Below, piece after piece: positions 1 to 8,877 of a stretch of DNA of 64,000 nt. Source of the DNA: an uncultured Pseudomonadales bacterium (GTDB lineage Bacteria > Patescibacteriota > Microgenomatia > UBA1400 > PJMF01); assembly GCA_964412775.1 (NCBI GenBank), contig CAYPPX010000001.1:290699-354698 (forward strand). Reading direction: 5' to 3'. Numbering within the stretch: position 1 is the first letter of the stretch; the number at the start of each line of letters is the position of its first letter. The translations under genes were made by a program, and so were the position numbers. The notes below the pieces were generated by a model. That model did no database searches. It saw only the letters and a list, made by a program, of their open reading frames with translations, and was not told where the DNA came from.

Positions 1-546
1 ACTCAATGGTGTGTTGTGTGATTTTGGTGGGGTATAAACAGTAAATTGTTGAGCAATTATATTGGTACAAAGATGCCTGGTCGCTGATTTACCATAACTA
101 CCAGTAATACCGATAATTTTGGGTGATTGTTTCATGACTTTTTTTTGGGCAATTAGCAATAAGATTTGGCTGATGGCTGATTTGAATAATTCAGTCAAAA
201 AACTACTAGTGATTGGTACAAGTGGTATGGCAAGATAGAGCAATAATGGTAACCACCACAAGTTGAGATTAACACTTAAAGAAAAAATAAATCCCAAAAT
301 AACCAAACTGACGAAAAAGACAATGATTGAACGAGCAGTGATGACTGGTCTTTTTAGGCCTGTTCTAGTGAAATCTTTTTTAGTCGGGATTCTAAGTAGT
401 TCAGCAGTGCCCTCAGGTGAGAGTAGAAAACTCCAGATTCTGTCAGGGCGATATTCTTTTTGCTGTGACCAAGCTAGCCAACGTAATAATCTTACTAAAC
501 TAAAAGGTAGGGTAATTAAAATACAGCTGATGACAAAAAAAGTCAT
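1..546 (-). CDS. Partial CDS running off the window start. It is a P-loop protein with a Mur-ligase-like Walker A motif and a hydrophobic N-terminal region of about 135 aa.
   Basis: Hand translation of the minus frame from the ATG at 546-544 gives 182 codons with no stop, reading MTFFVISCILITLPF...IAQKKVMKQSPKIIGITGSYGKSATRHLC. GITGSYGKS resembles the Mur ligase motif ITGSNGKTT. The ATG overlaps the upstream hydrolase TGA stop in an ATGA arrangement, which suggests translational coupling. It is absent from the ORF track because it is truncated by the window edge. Confidence 0.35.
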   Translation of the reverse strand, partial: MTFFVISCILITLPFSLVRLLRWLAWSQQKEYRPDRIWSFLLSPEGTAELLRIPTKKDFTRTGLKRPVITARSIIVFFVSLVILGFIFSLSVNLNLWWLPLLLYLAIPLVPITSSFLTELFKSAISQILLLIAQKKVMKQSPKIIGITGSYGKSATRHLCTNIIAQQFTVYTPPKSHNTPLS

Positions 547-1262
547 GATTTATTTTCTTTAATAAACTTATTAATTTCTTCAAACACTAAATCAGGGTGA
601 GTATAAACTGGAGAATGTCTAGTTGGTAGCTCAATAAATTTATTATTGGGAATTTTATTTTGGAAAATTTTTCCTAAATAGACTGGAGTAGTTTGGTCAT
701 TTTTACCCCAGAGAATCAAAGTTGGTTTAGTAATTTCTGTTAGTAATGGTTCGACTGAATAGTTGAGAGCATGGTTGATTGTTTCTCTTTGGTAGGAGTT
801 CGCTTCTAGGTAGTCTTTTTCTTTGATTAGTTTATAAACAAGTTTTCTGAGTAAGTTATTTTTTTTTAAAATAAAACCAATTTTGGCTAGGAATTTTAAA
901 GTAGTTCTTTTGAGAACTTTTTTAAATCTAAAATCACGAATACCAGCACTATTAACTAAAATTAACTTTTCAACTAAGGTCGGATTTTTATGAGTGAAAA
1001 TAGTAGCTAATTGTCCACCAAAAGAGTGACCAAGGAGGACAACTTTTTCTAGTGGTTTGATTTGTGTTTCTAACCACGAAATATATTCATTAATAGTAAA
1101 AGCTTTAGCTGGACCGGTAGTTAAACCGGGTATTTTCCATAAATAGACTTGGTAATTATTTTTTTCAAGGATTTTTTTTAATGGTTGCCAACGATTAATG
1201 ACATTTTCGTCTGGTGTCCAACCATGTAACAGCACTATTTTGGGTTTAGTAGAGTTGTTCAT
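543..1262 (-). CDS. Alpha/beta hydrolase fold protein. The track ORF is 543..1373, but the start is more likely the internal Met at 1262.
   Basis: It has the IVLLHGW oxyanion strand and a GHSFGG nucleophile elbow (GxSxG). The shorter start removes the 65-nt overlap with the divergent gene at 1309. Confidence 0.7.
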   Translation of the reverse strand: MNNSTKPKIVLLHGWTPDENVINRWQPLKKILEKNNYQVYLWKIPGLTTGPAKAFTINEYISWLETQIKPLEKVVLLGHSFGGQLATIFTHKNPTLVEKLILVNSAGIRDFRFKKVLKRTTLKFLAKIGFILKKNNLLRKLVYKLIKEKDYLEANSYQRETINHALNYSVEPLLTEITKPTLILWGKNDQTTPVYLGKIFQNKIPNNKFIELPTRHSPVYTHPDLVFEEINKFIKENKS

Positions 1263-1308
1263 ATAAAGTTTTTTAGCTGCTTTTAGGTTATTATACAAGA
1301 TATAGGTT

Positions 1309-2964
1309 ATGCGTATTAACTTTTTTACCAGATACTCGATAAAAAAGAGTATTAAGTTTAGTCGAAACTCCATTTTTTTCTTACCACTCTTGGTTATTTG
1401 TGTTAGTTTGGTGTTAAGTGTGGGTGGGTGGTTGTTATTTAGTCAAGGTTATCTACAACCAGCTAAGTATTTTTTTCTACTCGCTCAACCAGTCTCTAAA
1501 ACAACTTCATTAGTTTTTTTGCAACGTTGGCCAGTAATAAATTTTTGGCATGAAACCAACCAGCTTGGTGTTGAAGTTAGTCAAGTTTTATTAACTGCTC
1601 AGCGTCAAGAACAACCTTTGAATTGGTTACTGACAACCACAGCTAATCAAAGTTTATTAACTAATTTAGAGCAAACTCTAAAGTCTGGAGAAAGTTCTTG
1701 GTTGATAAAGAAATTGGCTACTAAACAAGGAATTGAATTGACTGAGTTTCAAGATTTATTAGCTCTGAGTCGGGTCTTAATTCAAGAAAAAAACTCAGCT
1801 AAAAAATATTTATTGGTTTTTCAAAATACTGATGAAATTAGAGCAACTGGTGGTTTTATTGGTTCGTATGCAGTTTTGGATTTTGCTCAGGCTGATTTTA
1901 CCCAATTGGAAATCAGAGATATTTATGACCCCAGTGGAATTTCCCCAAGTTTACCGGCACCAGTTGGTCATGATCTTTACCTTAGTGAAAACCAGGGTTT
2001 GAAACTTCATGACGCTAACTGGAACCCAGAATTTTCAGCCAGTGCTCAGGACATTTTATGGTTTTTTGCCAGAATAGAAGATGATCCACAAACTTATGAT
2101 GGAGTGATTGCGATTAATTTTTCGACAGTGGAAAAACTAGTTAGTTTATTGGGTGAAATCTATTTGCCAGATGAAAAAGTCTTTGTTGAAGCCAGTGATT
2201 TGGCAACATTGCTCAGAAGTAACCGGGCTGATTTTTTTGCTGGTAGTAAACAAAAAGAACATGAACTTGATTCATTCAAAACTGCTTTGTTACTAAAAAT
2301 TCAGTCTTTAAGTAAAAGTGAATTTTTAACTGTTGCTAAACAACTGCTTAATCAAGGTTTGTGGCGAGAGGTGCAGTTTTTTGCTACAGATGAAGTCGTT
2401 GAAAAACAGTTAGTAGAATTGGGGGTAGCTGGTGAGTTATATGCTTATCAGCCTAATGAGTTGTTTATTTTCCCGGTGGAATCTAATGTTGGCATTAATA
2501 AAGCTAACAGGTGGTTAACCAGAGAAATTACTACTGAGCAAACTGACCAATTACTAAGGTTGACTATTAGTTTTAATAACCAAGCAACATTGTTGGATCG
2601 GCCAGCTGTGACGGTAATTAATAATCCAGCTTACAAAACTGCTGGCCATTTGGGCTACATTAATTATTATCGAATTATTACTTCTAGTAATTTATATCTT
2701 ATTAGTGTGAAAGTCGGTGAAGAAGTGTTGACTAGTTGGGATAAAACTTCTTTGACTGCAGCAAATGGTCAACTATATTTTCAACATGGTTTTTTGGTAA
2801 CTGTCCCAGAGGCTAGCAACAAAACAGTAGTACTGGATTTTTCTCGGTCAGATGAGCAAAGTGATTATCAACAACTAGTAATTCAAAAACAGGCAGGTTT
2901 GAGCTATCAAAATAGAGTTGCTGAGTTTCTCAAAACTAGATTTTGGCTTGAGGATGTAGAATAG
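1309..2964 (+). CDS. Membrane-anchored extracytoplasmic protein, tentatively DUF4012-like.
   Basis: It has one N-terminal TM helix followed by a 500-aa soluble region containing the ATGGFIGSYAVLDF motif. The family assignment is from memory and is not certain. Confidence 0.4.
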   Translation: MRINFFTRYSIKKSIKFSRNSIFFLPLLVICVSLVLSVGGWLLFSQGYLQPAKYFFLLAQPVSKTTSLVFLQRWPVINFWHETNQLGVEVSQVLLTAQRQEQPLNWLLTTTANQSLLTNLEQTLKSGESSWLIKKLATKQGIELTEFQDLLALSRVLIQEKNSAKKYLLVFQNTDEIRATGGFIGSYAVLDFAQADFTQLEIRDIYDPSGISPSLPAPVGHDLYLSENQGLKLHDANWNPEFSASAQDILWFFARIEDDPQTYDGVIAINFSTVEKLVSLLGEIYLPDEKVFVEASDLATLLRSNRADFFAGSKQKEHELDSFKTALLLKIQSLSKSEFLTVAKQLLNQGLWREVQFFATDEVVEKQLVELGVAGELYAYQPNELFIFPVESNVGINKANRWLTREITTEQTDQLLRLTISFNNQATLLDRPAVTVINNPAYKTAGHLGYINYYRIITSSNLYLISVKVGEEVLTSWDKTSLTAANGQLYFQHGFLVTVPEASNKTVVLDFSRSDEQSDYQQLVIQKQAGLSYQNRVAEFLKTRFWLEDVE

Positions 2965-2970
2965 ATTGAT

Positions 2971-4062
2971 ATGCAGATTACTTTTGAACAACTATCTGAC
3001 TTAGTTAAACAAGTTGAGGTTTTTTTAACTGAAGTAGGTGAAGCAGACAAGCAGACCCAACTAAATACTTTACAAACCGAATCAAGTGAAGTCGGTTTTT
3101 GGGATCGGGTTGATGCTCAACAAAAAATGCAACAGGTCTCTGTTTTGCAGAATCAACTAGATCAATATCAGCAATTGAGAGCTTTGAGTGGTGATTTGCA
3201 GGCTTTTTTGGAGTTAGAAGCCAAAGATCAAGAGTTTTTTGCTATTGAAACTGAAAAAAAGTATTGGCAGTTAAGTAAAGTTTTCAAGGAAGTTGAATTG
3301 GAGACTTATTTAACTGGTAAATATGACCACTCACCTGCAATTTTATCAATTCATCCAGGTCAGGGCGGGACTGAAGCCATGGATTGGGCAGAGATGGTAG
3401 CTAGAATGTATGCTAGATATTTTGAGCGTAAAAACTGGAAATTTGCTTTAATTTCTGAGGTGAGGGGAGAGGATGCTGGTATTAAAGAAATGGTTTATGA
3501 GATTAGAGCAACGAATGCTTACGGTTTTCTAAAAAAAGAACAAGGTACACATCGATTGGTTAGACTTAGTCCATTTAATGCTGATAATTTACGTCAAACC
3601 TCATTTGCCTTGGTGGAAGTGGCTCCACTAATTGATGATTTGGATGAATTGGAACTAAAAGAGACTGATCTGGAGTGGTCTTTTATGCGAGCTGGTGGGG
3701 CTGGTGGACAAAACGTTAATAAAGTGAATAGTGCTGTTGAGTTACGTCACTTACCATCTGGAATGGTGGTGAGATGCAGAGAAGAAAGAACCCAAGTGCA
3801 AAACCGAGAAAAGGCTCTCAAAATGTTGAAATCAAAATTAGCAGTTTTAGAAGAAGAAAAAAAACAAGCTGAATTAGCTCAACAAAAAGGCGAGCATCAA
3901 CATGCTAGTTGGGGGACTCAAATCAGAAATTATGTTTTACATCCTTATCAATTAGTTAAGGACACTAGAACTGAAGTTGAAACTAGTGATACAGCTGGAG
4001 TTTTGGATGGTGATCTTGATCAGTTTGTAACTGAAGAAATAAAACTCACATCACGGATATAA
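2971..4062 (+). CDS. prfB: Peptide chain release factor 2.
   Basis: It has the RF2-specific SPF tripeptide (RLSPFNADNLRQTSFA) and the GGQ motif (AGGAGGQNVNKVNSAVELRHLPSG). It is a full-length 363-aa single ORF with no +1 frameshift site. Confidence 0.9.
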   Translation: MQITFEQLSDLVKQVEVFLTEVGEADKQTQLNTLQTESSEVGFWDRVDAQQKMQQVSVLQNQLDQYQQLRALSGDLQAFLELEAKDQEFFAIETEKKYWQLSKVFKEVELETYLTGKYDHSPAILSIHPGQGGTEAMDWAEMVARMYARYFERKNWKFALISEVRGEDAGIKEMVYEIRATNAYGFLKKEQGTHRLVRLSPFNADNLRQTSFALVEVAPLIDDLDELELKETDLEWSFMRAGGAGGQNVNKVNSAVELRHLPSGMVVRCREERTQVQNREKALKMLKSKLAVLEEEKKQAELAQQKGEHQHASWGTQIRNYVLHPYQLVKDTRTEVETSDTAGVLDGDLDQFVTEEIKLTSRI

Positions 4063-4677
4063 ATGAGGTATGATGGTCATATGTCAGATTTAAAACCACA
4101 AGTGAGAACCGAAAATTTGGATGGTAGCCCAGTGGCCAAACCCCTTGACGAAGCTCAAGCTGTCAGGCACAATCAAGCCTCTTCAGTTGGGATAAGAACT
4201 TTAAACTTAGATACGAAGGAAAATAAAAATATGCAACCTAATCACAAAAAATTACTATTTGTTACCTTGTTTATTGCTATTGCTGCTGGTTTTGGGACTG
4301 GTTTTGGTGCTTTCAAACTCAAGATGAAAACCTCTGCTTCTGATTCTCCTCAAGCCGATCAGTTGGTCGCTGGTGATAAAGTCAAAGATGGTGATGTCTT
4401 TGGGGTCAAGGATGACCAAACTTTCAAGGATAGTGCTGAGGGTTATCTTGAAAAAGGTGGCACTGAAGATGGTGAAGGTTCTCATCGTTTACTTCGAGAA
4501 GGTGGCGAGAGTCAAACCGTTTATTTGACTTCTTCGATTACTGATTTGGATAAATTAGTTGGTATGCAAGTCAAGGTTTGGGGTGAAACTTTTAAGGGAC
4601 AAAATGCTGGCTGGCTGATGGATGTCGGCCGGGTTCAGGTTGTGGCCGTTGATGCTGAGGCTCCAGTCGAAGAGTAA
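4063..4677 (+). CDS. Hypothetical membrane-anchored secreted protein. The true start may be the internal Met near 4231.
   Basis: It has a single TM segment (LLFVTLFIAIAAGFGTGFGAF) followed by an acidic, G/D/E-rich soluble domain. No family was recognised. Confidence 0.4.
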   Translation: MRYDGHMSDLKPQVRTENLDGSPVAKPLDEAQAVRHNQASSVGIRTLNLDTKENKNMQPNHKKLLFVTLFIAIAAGFGTGFGAFKLKMKTSASDSPQADQLVAGDKVKDGDVFGVKDDQTFKDSAEGYLEKGGTEDGEGSHRLLREGGESQTVYLTSSITDLDKLVGMQVKVWGETFKGQNAGWLMDVGRVQVVAVDAEAPVEE

Positions 4678-4738
4678 CTTTCACTAATTTTTACACTAGT
4701 TTTATCAGTATTGGTTTTGTTATTATAGAGCAATTACT

Positions 4739-5803
4739 ATGATTACTTTTTTGTCAGTAACCAAACAATTTGGTAGTGGGGATTTTGCTCTAAAAGACCT
4801 GTCTTTTCATCTAGATGAAGGTGACTTTGTGATTATTTCTGGTCCGTCAGGGAGTGGTAAAACCACCTTGATGAAGTTGTTGATTAAAGATCAATTGCCA
4901 ACTAAAGGGGAAGTTTTATATAAAGGCGAATCATTAGCTGATTTACCCTCAAGAAAATTACCTGAGCATCGTCGCAGGATTGGGGTGGTTTTCCAAGATT
5001 ATCGTTTATTGTCAGATCTGAATGTTTGGGAAAATATTGCTTTACCGTTGTCGATTATTGGTAAACCAGAAGCAGAAATAGAATCGAGGGTAACTGATCT
5101 TTTAAGTTTAGTTTCTTTGACTGACAAAGCTTTGATGTTTCCCAAGCAACTATCTGGTGGAGAAGCTCAAAGAGTGAGTTTGGCAAGGGCTTTAGCCACT
5201 GGTCCAAGTTTGATTTTTGCTGATGAACCAACTGGTAACTTGGATAAAAAATCCAGTTTATCTATTGTGAAGTTGCTCAAACAAATTAATGAGTTGGGTA
5301 CAACGGTAATTTTGGCTACTCATGATGTGGTGGTGTTAGACGAGTTAGCCAAAGAAAGAATTATTGAATTAGATCGTGGTTCACTCAAGCATGATTCCAA
5401 GCCCAAAAAAGTCAAAGTCATTGTTACTGATGATCAACTTGAAAAATCTGATCAAGCTGACATCAAGGCCACAGTAGAGTCTAAAGTAGAGTCTAAAAAA
5501 CAATCTGATAACAAAGAATTAGCTAAAAAAGAAAAAACTAAAATTGAAGCTGGATTAAATAAATCTAAAGATTTTGGTGATGTTAATGAAAAAGAACTCA
5601 AGAAATCCAAGCCAGAAACAAAAAAACCAGCCAGAAAAGACGACGATGACGAGTTGTTAGCAGATTTTACTAAGGAAGAACCACTAGCAACTGTCAAGAA
5701 TAAACCCAAAAAATTTGGTTTTTCCTTTTCTTTTTTCAAACGCAAACCTCAACCAACTATAGATAAGTCAGTTGATAAGCAAGAATCGGAGAAAAAATCA
5801 TGA
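4739..5803 (+). CDS. ftsE: Cell division ABC ATPase FtsE with a K/E-rich C-terminal extension of about 130 aa.
   Basis: It has Walker A GPSGSGKTT, the ABC signature LSGGEAQRVSLARAL and Walker B LIFADEPTGNLD. It is immediately followed by ftsX. Confidence 0.85.
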   Translation: MITFLSVTKQFGSGDFALKDLSFHLDEGDFVIISGPSGSGKTTLMKLLIKDQLPTKGEVLYKGESLADLPSRKLPEHRRRIGVVFQDYRLLSDLNVWENIALPLSIIGKPEAEIESRVTDLLSLVSLTDKALMFPKQLSGGEAQRVSLARALATGPSLIFADEPTGNLDKKSSLSIVKLLKQINELGTTVILATHDVVVLDELAKERIIELDRGSLKHDSKPKKVKVIVTDDQLEKSDQADIKATVESKVESKKQSDNKELAKKEKTKIEAGLNKSKDFGDVNEKELKKSKPETKKPARKDDDDELLADFTKEEPLATVKNKPKKFGFSFSFFKRKPQPTIDKSVDKQESEKKS

Positions 5804-6672
5804 AAAAACTTCAAGATGCTTTAGTGGCCATTAGACGTTCTCCATACCAGAGTACTTTAGCCTTATCAGTAATTACTGTGACTTTTTTTGTGGGTTATGT
5901 TTTTTCTTTATTTGTTCTTGGGACTGATACTATTTTAAAGTTTTTTGAGACTAGACCTCAAGTAATTGCTTTTTTTGAGATTGAAATACCTACTACTGAA
6001 GTGGAAAAAGCAGCTCAAACAATGAAAGACAAAAGCTATGTTACAGAGGTAAACATTGTTTCCAAAGAACAAGCTTTAGAGTTTTACAAGCAAGATCATA
6101 AAGACAATCCTTTACTTTTAGAGTTAGTAACGGCTGATATTTTGCCAGCTAGTATCGAAGTATCAGGCAAAGATGTGTCATCTTTGGCTATCATTCAAGA
6201 AGATTTATCAACTATCAAAGGTGTTGATGATGTAGTTTATCAAGAGGATATTGTTGATAATATCCAACAATGGACAACAGCAATCAGAGGAGGTGGTTTA
6301 ATTATTACCTCAATTTTGGCTTTAGTATCTTTCTTGGTGATTACGACTTTAATGAGTATGAAGATTTCAGCCAAGAGACAAGCGATTGCCGTAATGAAAG
6401 TAATTGGTGCCACTAATTGGTATATTAGTGGTCCATTTGTAGTTGAAGGTATGCTTTATGGTTTGATTGGGTCGTTGCTTGGTTGGGGTATTATGTATGG
6501 TTTATTGTTGTATGCCACTCCTTGGCTACAAAACTTTTTGGGAGTAATTGTGGCTTTTCCATTACCAGTTAGTTTCTTTGCTTATCAATTGGGAGTCGGA
6601 ACTTTAGTGGCAATGCTGTTGGGGACTGGAGCGAGTTTAATGGCTGCTCGACGAATGATGAAAAGACGTTAG
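5800..6672 (+). CDS. ftsX: Cell division permease-like protein FtsX.
   Basis: It has an N-terminal TM helix, a periplasmic domain and three C-terminal TM helices. Its start overlaps the ftsE stop in an ATGA arrangement. Confidence 0.8.
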   Translation: MKKLQDALVAIRRSPYQSTLALSVITVTFFVGYVFSLFVLGTDTILKFFETRPQVIAFFEIEIPTTEVEKAAQTMKDKSYVTEVNIVSKEQALEFYKQDHKDNPLLLELVTADILPASIEVSGKDVSSLAIIQEDLSTIKGVDDVVYQEDIVDNIQQWTTAIRGGGLIITSILALVSFLVITTLMSMKISAKRQAIAVMKVIGATNWYISGPFVVEGMLYGLIGSLLGWGIMYGLLLYATPWLQNFLGVIVAFPLPVSFFAYQLGVGTLVAMLLGTGASLMAARRMMKRR

Positions 6673-6684
6673 AATGAGGTAGAC

Positions 6685-7920
6685 ATGAAATTATCAAAGC
6701 AGATCATTTTTATCTGGTCTTTGCCAATTATTGTTGGTTTTTTTTGGTGGTTTAACTTCAACCAAGTTGCACAAGTGGCCGCTGATGATTGTGCTGCGAT
6801 TGTTTGTTCGACTAGTACTCAGACTGAAGATGAATATTTAAGCTGTAATAAGAAAAAGCAGGCTTGTTGGGAACAAAAAATTACTGAAACTAAAAGCCAA
6901 GCTCTCACTTTGACCAATACGATTAATTTACTGAATGGGCAGATTTCACTCCAGCAACTCCAAGTTGATATTACCCAAGCAGAAATTATTAAATTAGAGA
7001 ATCAAGTGACTGAATTATCAGAAAGAATCAAAGGACTTGGTTACTCACTAGATAGGTTGGGAACAGTTTTGATTGAGCGAGTTCAAGCCCAATATAAACA
7101 AAGTCGAGTTTCTCCAAGTTTGCAGTTGTTGGGGTTAGATTCGCTTACTGATGTGGTTTCTAGATTAAGATATTTATCAATTGCCCAAAAACAAACGGCT
7201 GAGGTTATGGCCAGAACCGAGACCCAGCGTTTGGAATATGATGAACAAAAAACTCTTAAAGAGGAGAAACAAGATGAGCTAGAGTTAAAAAGAATTGATT
7301 TGGTTAATTTACAAAGTTCCCTTAAAGTTCAGAAAACTGATCAACAATATCTATTGAATGAAACTAAAAATAATGAAGCCAAATACCAATCAGAGTTAGC
7401 CAAGACTTTAGCCGAGTTGGAAGCTATTCAATCGATTATTGCTGGCAAGGGCCAAGAAAGTAAGACTGGTGAGGTCAAACAAGGTGATAAGATTGCTTCG
7501 ATTATTGCCGGGGCTTCAGCTTGTTCTACTGGAACACACTTACATTTTGAAGTGACCAAAGATGGTACGCATCGAGATCCAGCTGGTTACCTAAAAAATG
7601 CCGAGATTTCTTGGAATAACAGCCCAGATGGCTCATTTGGTTTTGGGGGTAGTTGGGAATGGCCAGTCAATAACGCAGCTTTGATTACTCAAGGATATGG
7701 GATGACTTATTATGCTCGGGTGAAGCGTTTTTATGGAGGTGGGCCTCATACTGGAATCGATATGGTTAGTAAGACTAATGGAGATTACACTGTGAGAGCA
7801 GTGCGAGATGGGACGCTTTATCGAGGAAGTATTGCTTGTAGGGGTGGTAATTTACGTTATGTGAAGGTGGTGCATAAAGATGAACCTGAAGCGACTTATT
7901 ATTTACACATTAATTATTAA
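6685..7920 (+). CDS. M23 (LytM-type) peptidoglycan endopeptidase with an N-terminal coiled coil, EnvC-like.
   Basis: It has a TM anchor, a long coiled-coil region, and the M23 motifs GPHTGIDM (HxxxD) and GTHLHFEV (HxH). It sits downstream of ftsEX, as EnvC-type activators do. Confidence 0.8.
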   Translation: MKLSKQIIFIWSLPIIVGFFWWFNFNQVAQVAADDCAAIVCSTSTQTEDEYLSCNKKKQACWEQKITETKSQALTLTNTINLLNGQISLQQLQVDITQAEIIKLENQVTELSERIKGLGYSLDRLGTVLIERVQAQYKQSRVSPSLQLLGLDSLTDVVSRLRYLSIAQKQTAEVMARTETQRLEYDEQKTLKEEKQDELELKRIDLVNLQSSLKVQKTDQQYLLNETKNNEAKYQSELAKTLAELEAIQSIIAGKGQESKTGEVKQGDKIASIIAGASACSTGTHLHFEVTKDGTHRDPAGYLKNAEISWNNSPDGSFGFGGSWEWPVNNAALITQGYGMTYYARVKRFYGGGPHTGIDMVSKTNGDYTVRAVRDGTLYRGSIACRGGNLRYVKVVHKDEPEATYYLHINY

Positions 7921-7974
7921 TTTTAATTTATTTTTTTGAGTGTTATTGCTTCTCAAGCAACGACCCTATAATTA

Positions 7975-8003
7975 TTGACAAAAGGATGTTGTTATAGTAT
8001 CAT
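7975..8003 (+). promoter_or_regulatory. Candidate sigma70 promoter reading TTGACA-N17-TATCAT.
   Basis: A perfect -35 TTGACA at 7975-7980 is followed by a 17-nt spacer and TATCAT at 7998-8003, upstream of the small secreted protein gene. Confidence 0.4.
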
Positions 8004-8130
8004 AATGCATCAGAGTAGTAATAAGATACTGCTCAGTATTAACAATATGCAGCCCTACAGTGGGGTTGAATCGTGTCCTATCTCAAGTAAACAGGCTTAA
8101 CAGAACATGGACATGAGAAAAAGGAGACGC

Positions 8131-8454
8131 ATGAAAATGGTCAAGTCACTCATTGCTGTAGCCATTGCTGCGGTAATGTTAAATGGTGTAGCTACTCAAG
8201 TTTCTGCTGAAGAAATTGAGGTTAACGCTAACGCTAAAGCAGAAGTTGTTTGTGAAACAACTGGTCAGTATGGTCAAAATACCAACTGTAAAGCTAAGAG
8301 TGATTCATCTGCTAGTGCTATCATCAAACGTGATGGCGTAGTCACTCACAAAGTAGTTGATACCGGCTTAGACGCTCAAGGTATTGCAATGTCAGTTGGC
8401 ACTGTTGTCACTGGAGTTGCTGCTACTGTTGCTCGTATTCGTATGGGCAAATAA
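8131..8454 (+). CDS. Small secreted protein of about 80 aa when mature, with one Cys pair. The track ORF starts at 8107.
   Basis: The SD AAGGAGA at 8121-8127 sits 3 nt before the ATG at 8131. The signal peptide MKMVKSLIAVAIAAVMLNGVATQVSA|EE has an AxA cleavage site. The mature part contains C..C (VVCETTGQYGQNTNCK). Its GC content and codon choice are consistent with high expression. Confidence 0.5.
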   Translation: MKMVKSLIAVAIAAVMLNGVATQVSAEEIEVNANAKAEVVCETTGQYGQNTNCKAKSDSSASAIIKRDGVVTHKVVDTGLDAQGIAMSVGTVVTGVAATVARIRMGK

Positions 8455-8484
8455 TCATTAACTTGATTTAATTTTTGTAATTGG

Positions 8485-8518
8485 CACCCCCTAGTTCTTT
8501 TAAAAAGACTAGGGGGTG
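8485..8518 (+). terminator. Strong palindromic hairpin with an 11-bp GC-rich stem. It is a putative terminator, though the U-tract is weak.
   Basis: CACCCCCTAGT at 8485-8495 pairs perfectly with ACTAGGGGGTG at 8508-8518. Confidence 0.4.
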
Positions 8519-8547
8519 TGTTAATCTAAGAGGGTTCTGTAAATTAA

Positions 8548-8877
8548 TTGAAGGGAACCCTTTTCATGGCAAGCAAATCAACTTCACCACAATACCTTGA
8601 TGAAGCTTTTCAACAGGTTTGTGAGGAAATGTTAAAAACTTTTATTCAAAAACATAAAGATTATGGTAAAGGTAATATTCTTGATAATGGTGAGTTAGGA
8701 ATTTTATTTAGAACTAATGACAAATTGCGTCGTTTACAAAATTTATTGACAGCCGGTAAAGATCCTAAAAATGAGAGTTTAGACGATAACTGGATGGATA
8801 TTGCTGTTTATGCTGCAATCGCTTTATTGGTTCGTTCTGGTAAGTTTGAGAAACTCTCACTCAATCCAAAGGTTTAA
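8548..8877 (+). CDS. Hypothetical small protein, possibly DUF1599-like.
   Basis: It is a 109-aa soluble protein containing a KHKDYGKGNI motif. No confident family was recognised. Confidence 0.3.
   Translation: MKGTLFMASKSTSPQYLDEAFQQVCEEMLKTFIQKHKDYGKGNILDNGELGILFRTNDKLRRLQNLLTAGKDPKNESLDDNWMDIAVYAAIALLVRSGKFEKLSLNPKV

Noticed and set aside
263-562. A 99-aa plus-strand ORF in the track.
   Set aside because: It lies entirely antisense to a longer open minus-strand frame (1..546) that has a convincing P-loop motif and is translationally coupled to the hydrolase. It is probably a shadow ORF.
2971-3100. A programmed +1 frameshift site in prfB.
   Set aside because: The ORF is continuous from its ATG with a normal RF2 N-terminus, and there is no in-frame TGA or CUU UGA context.
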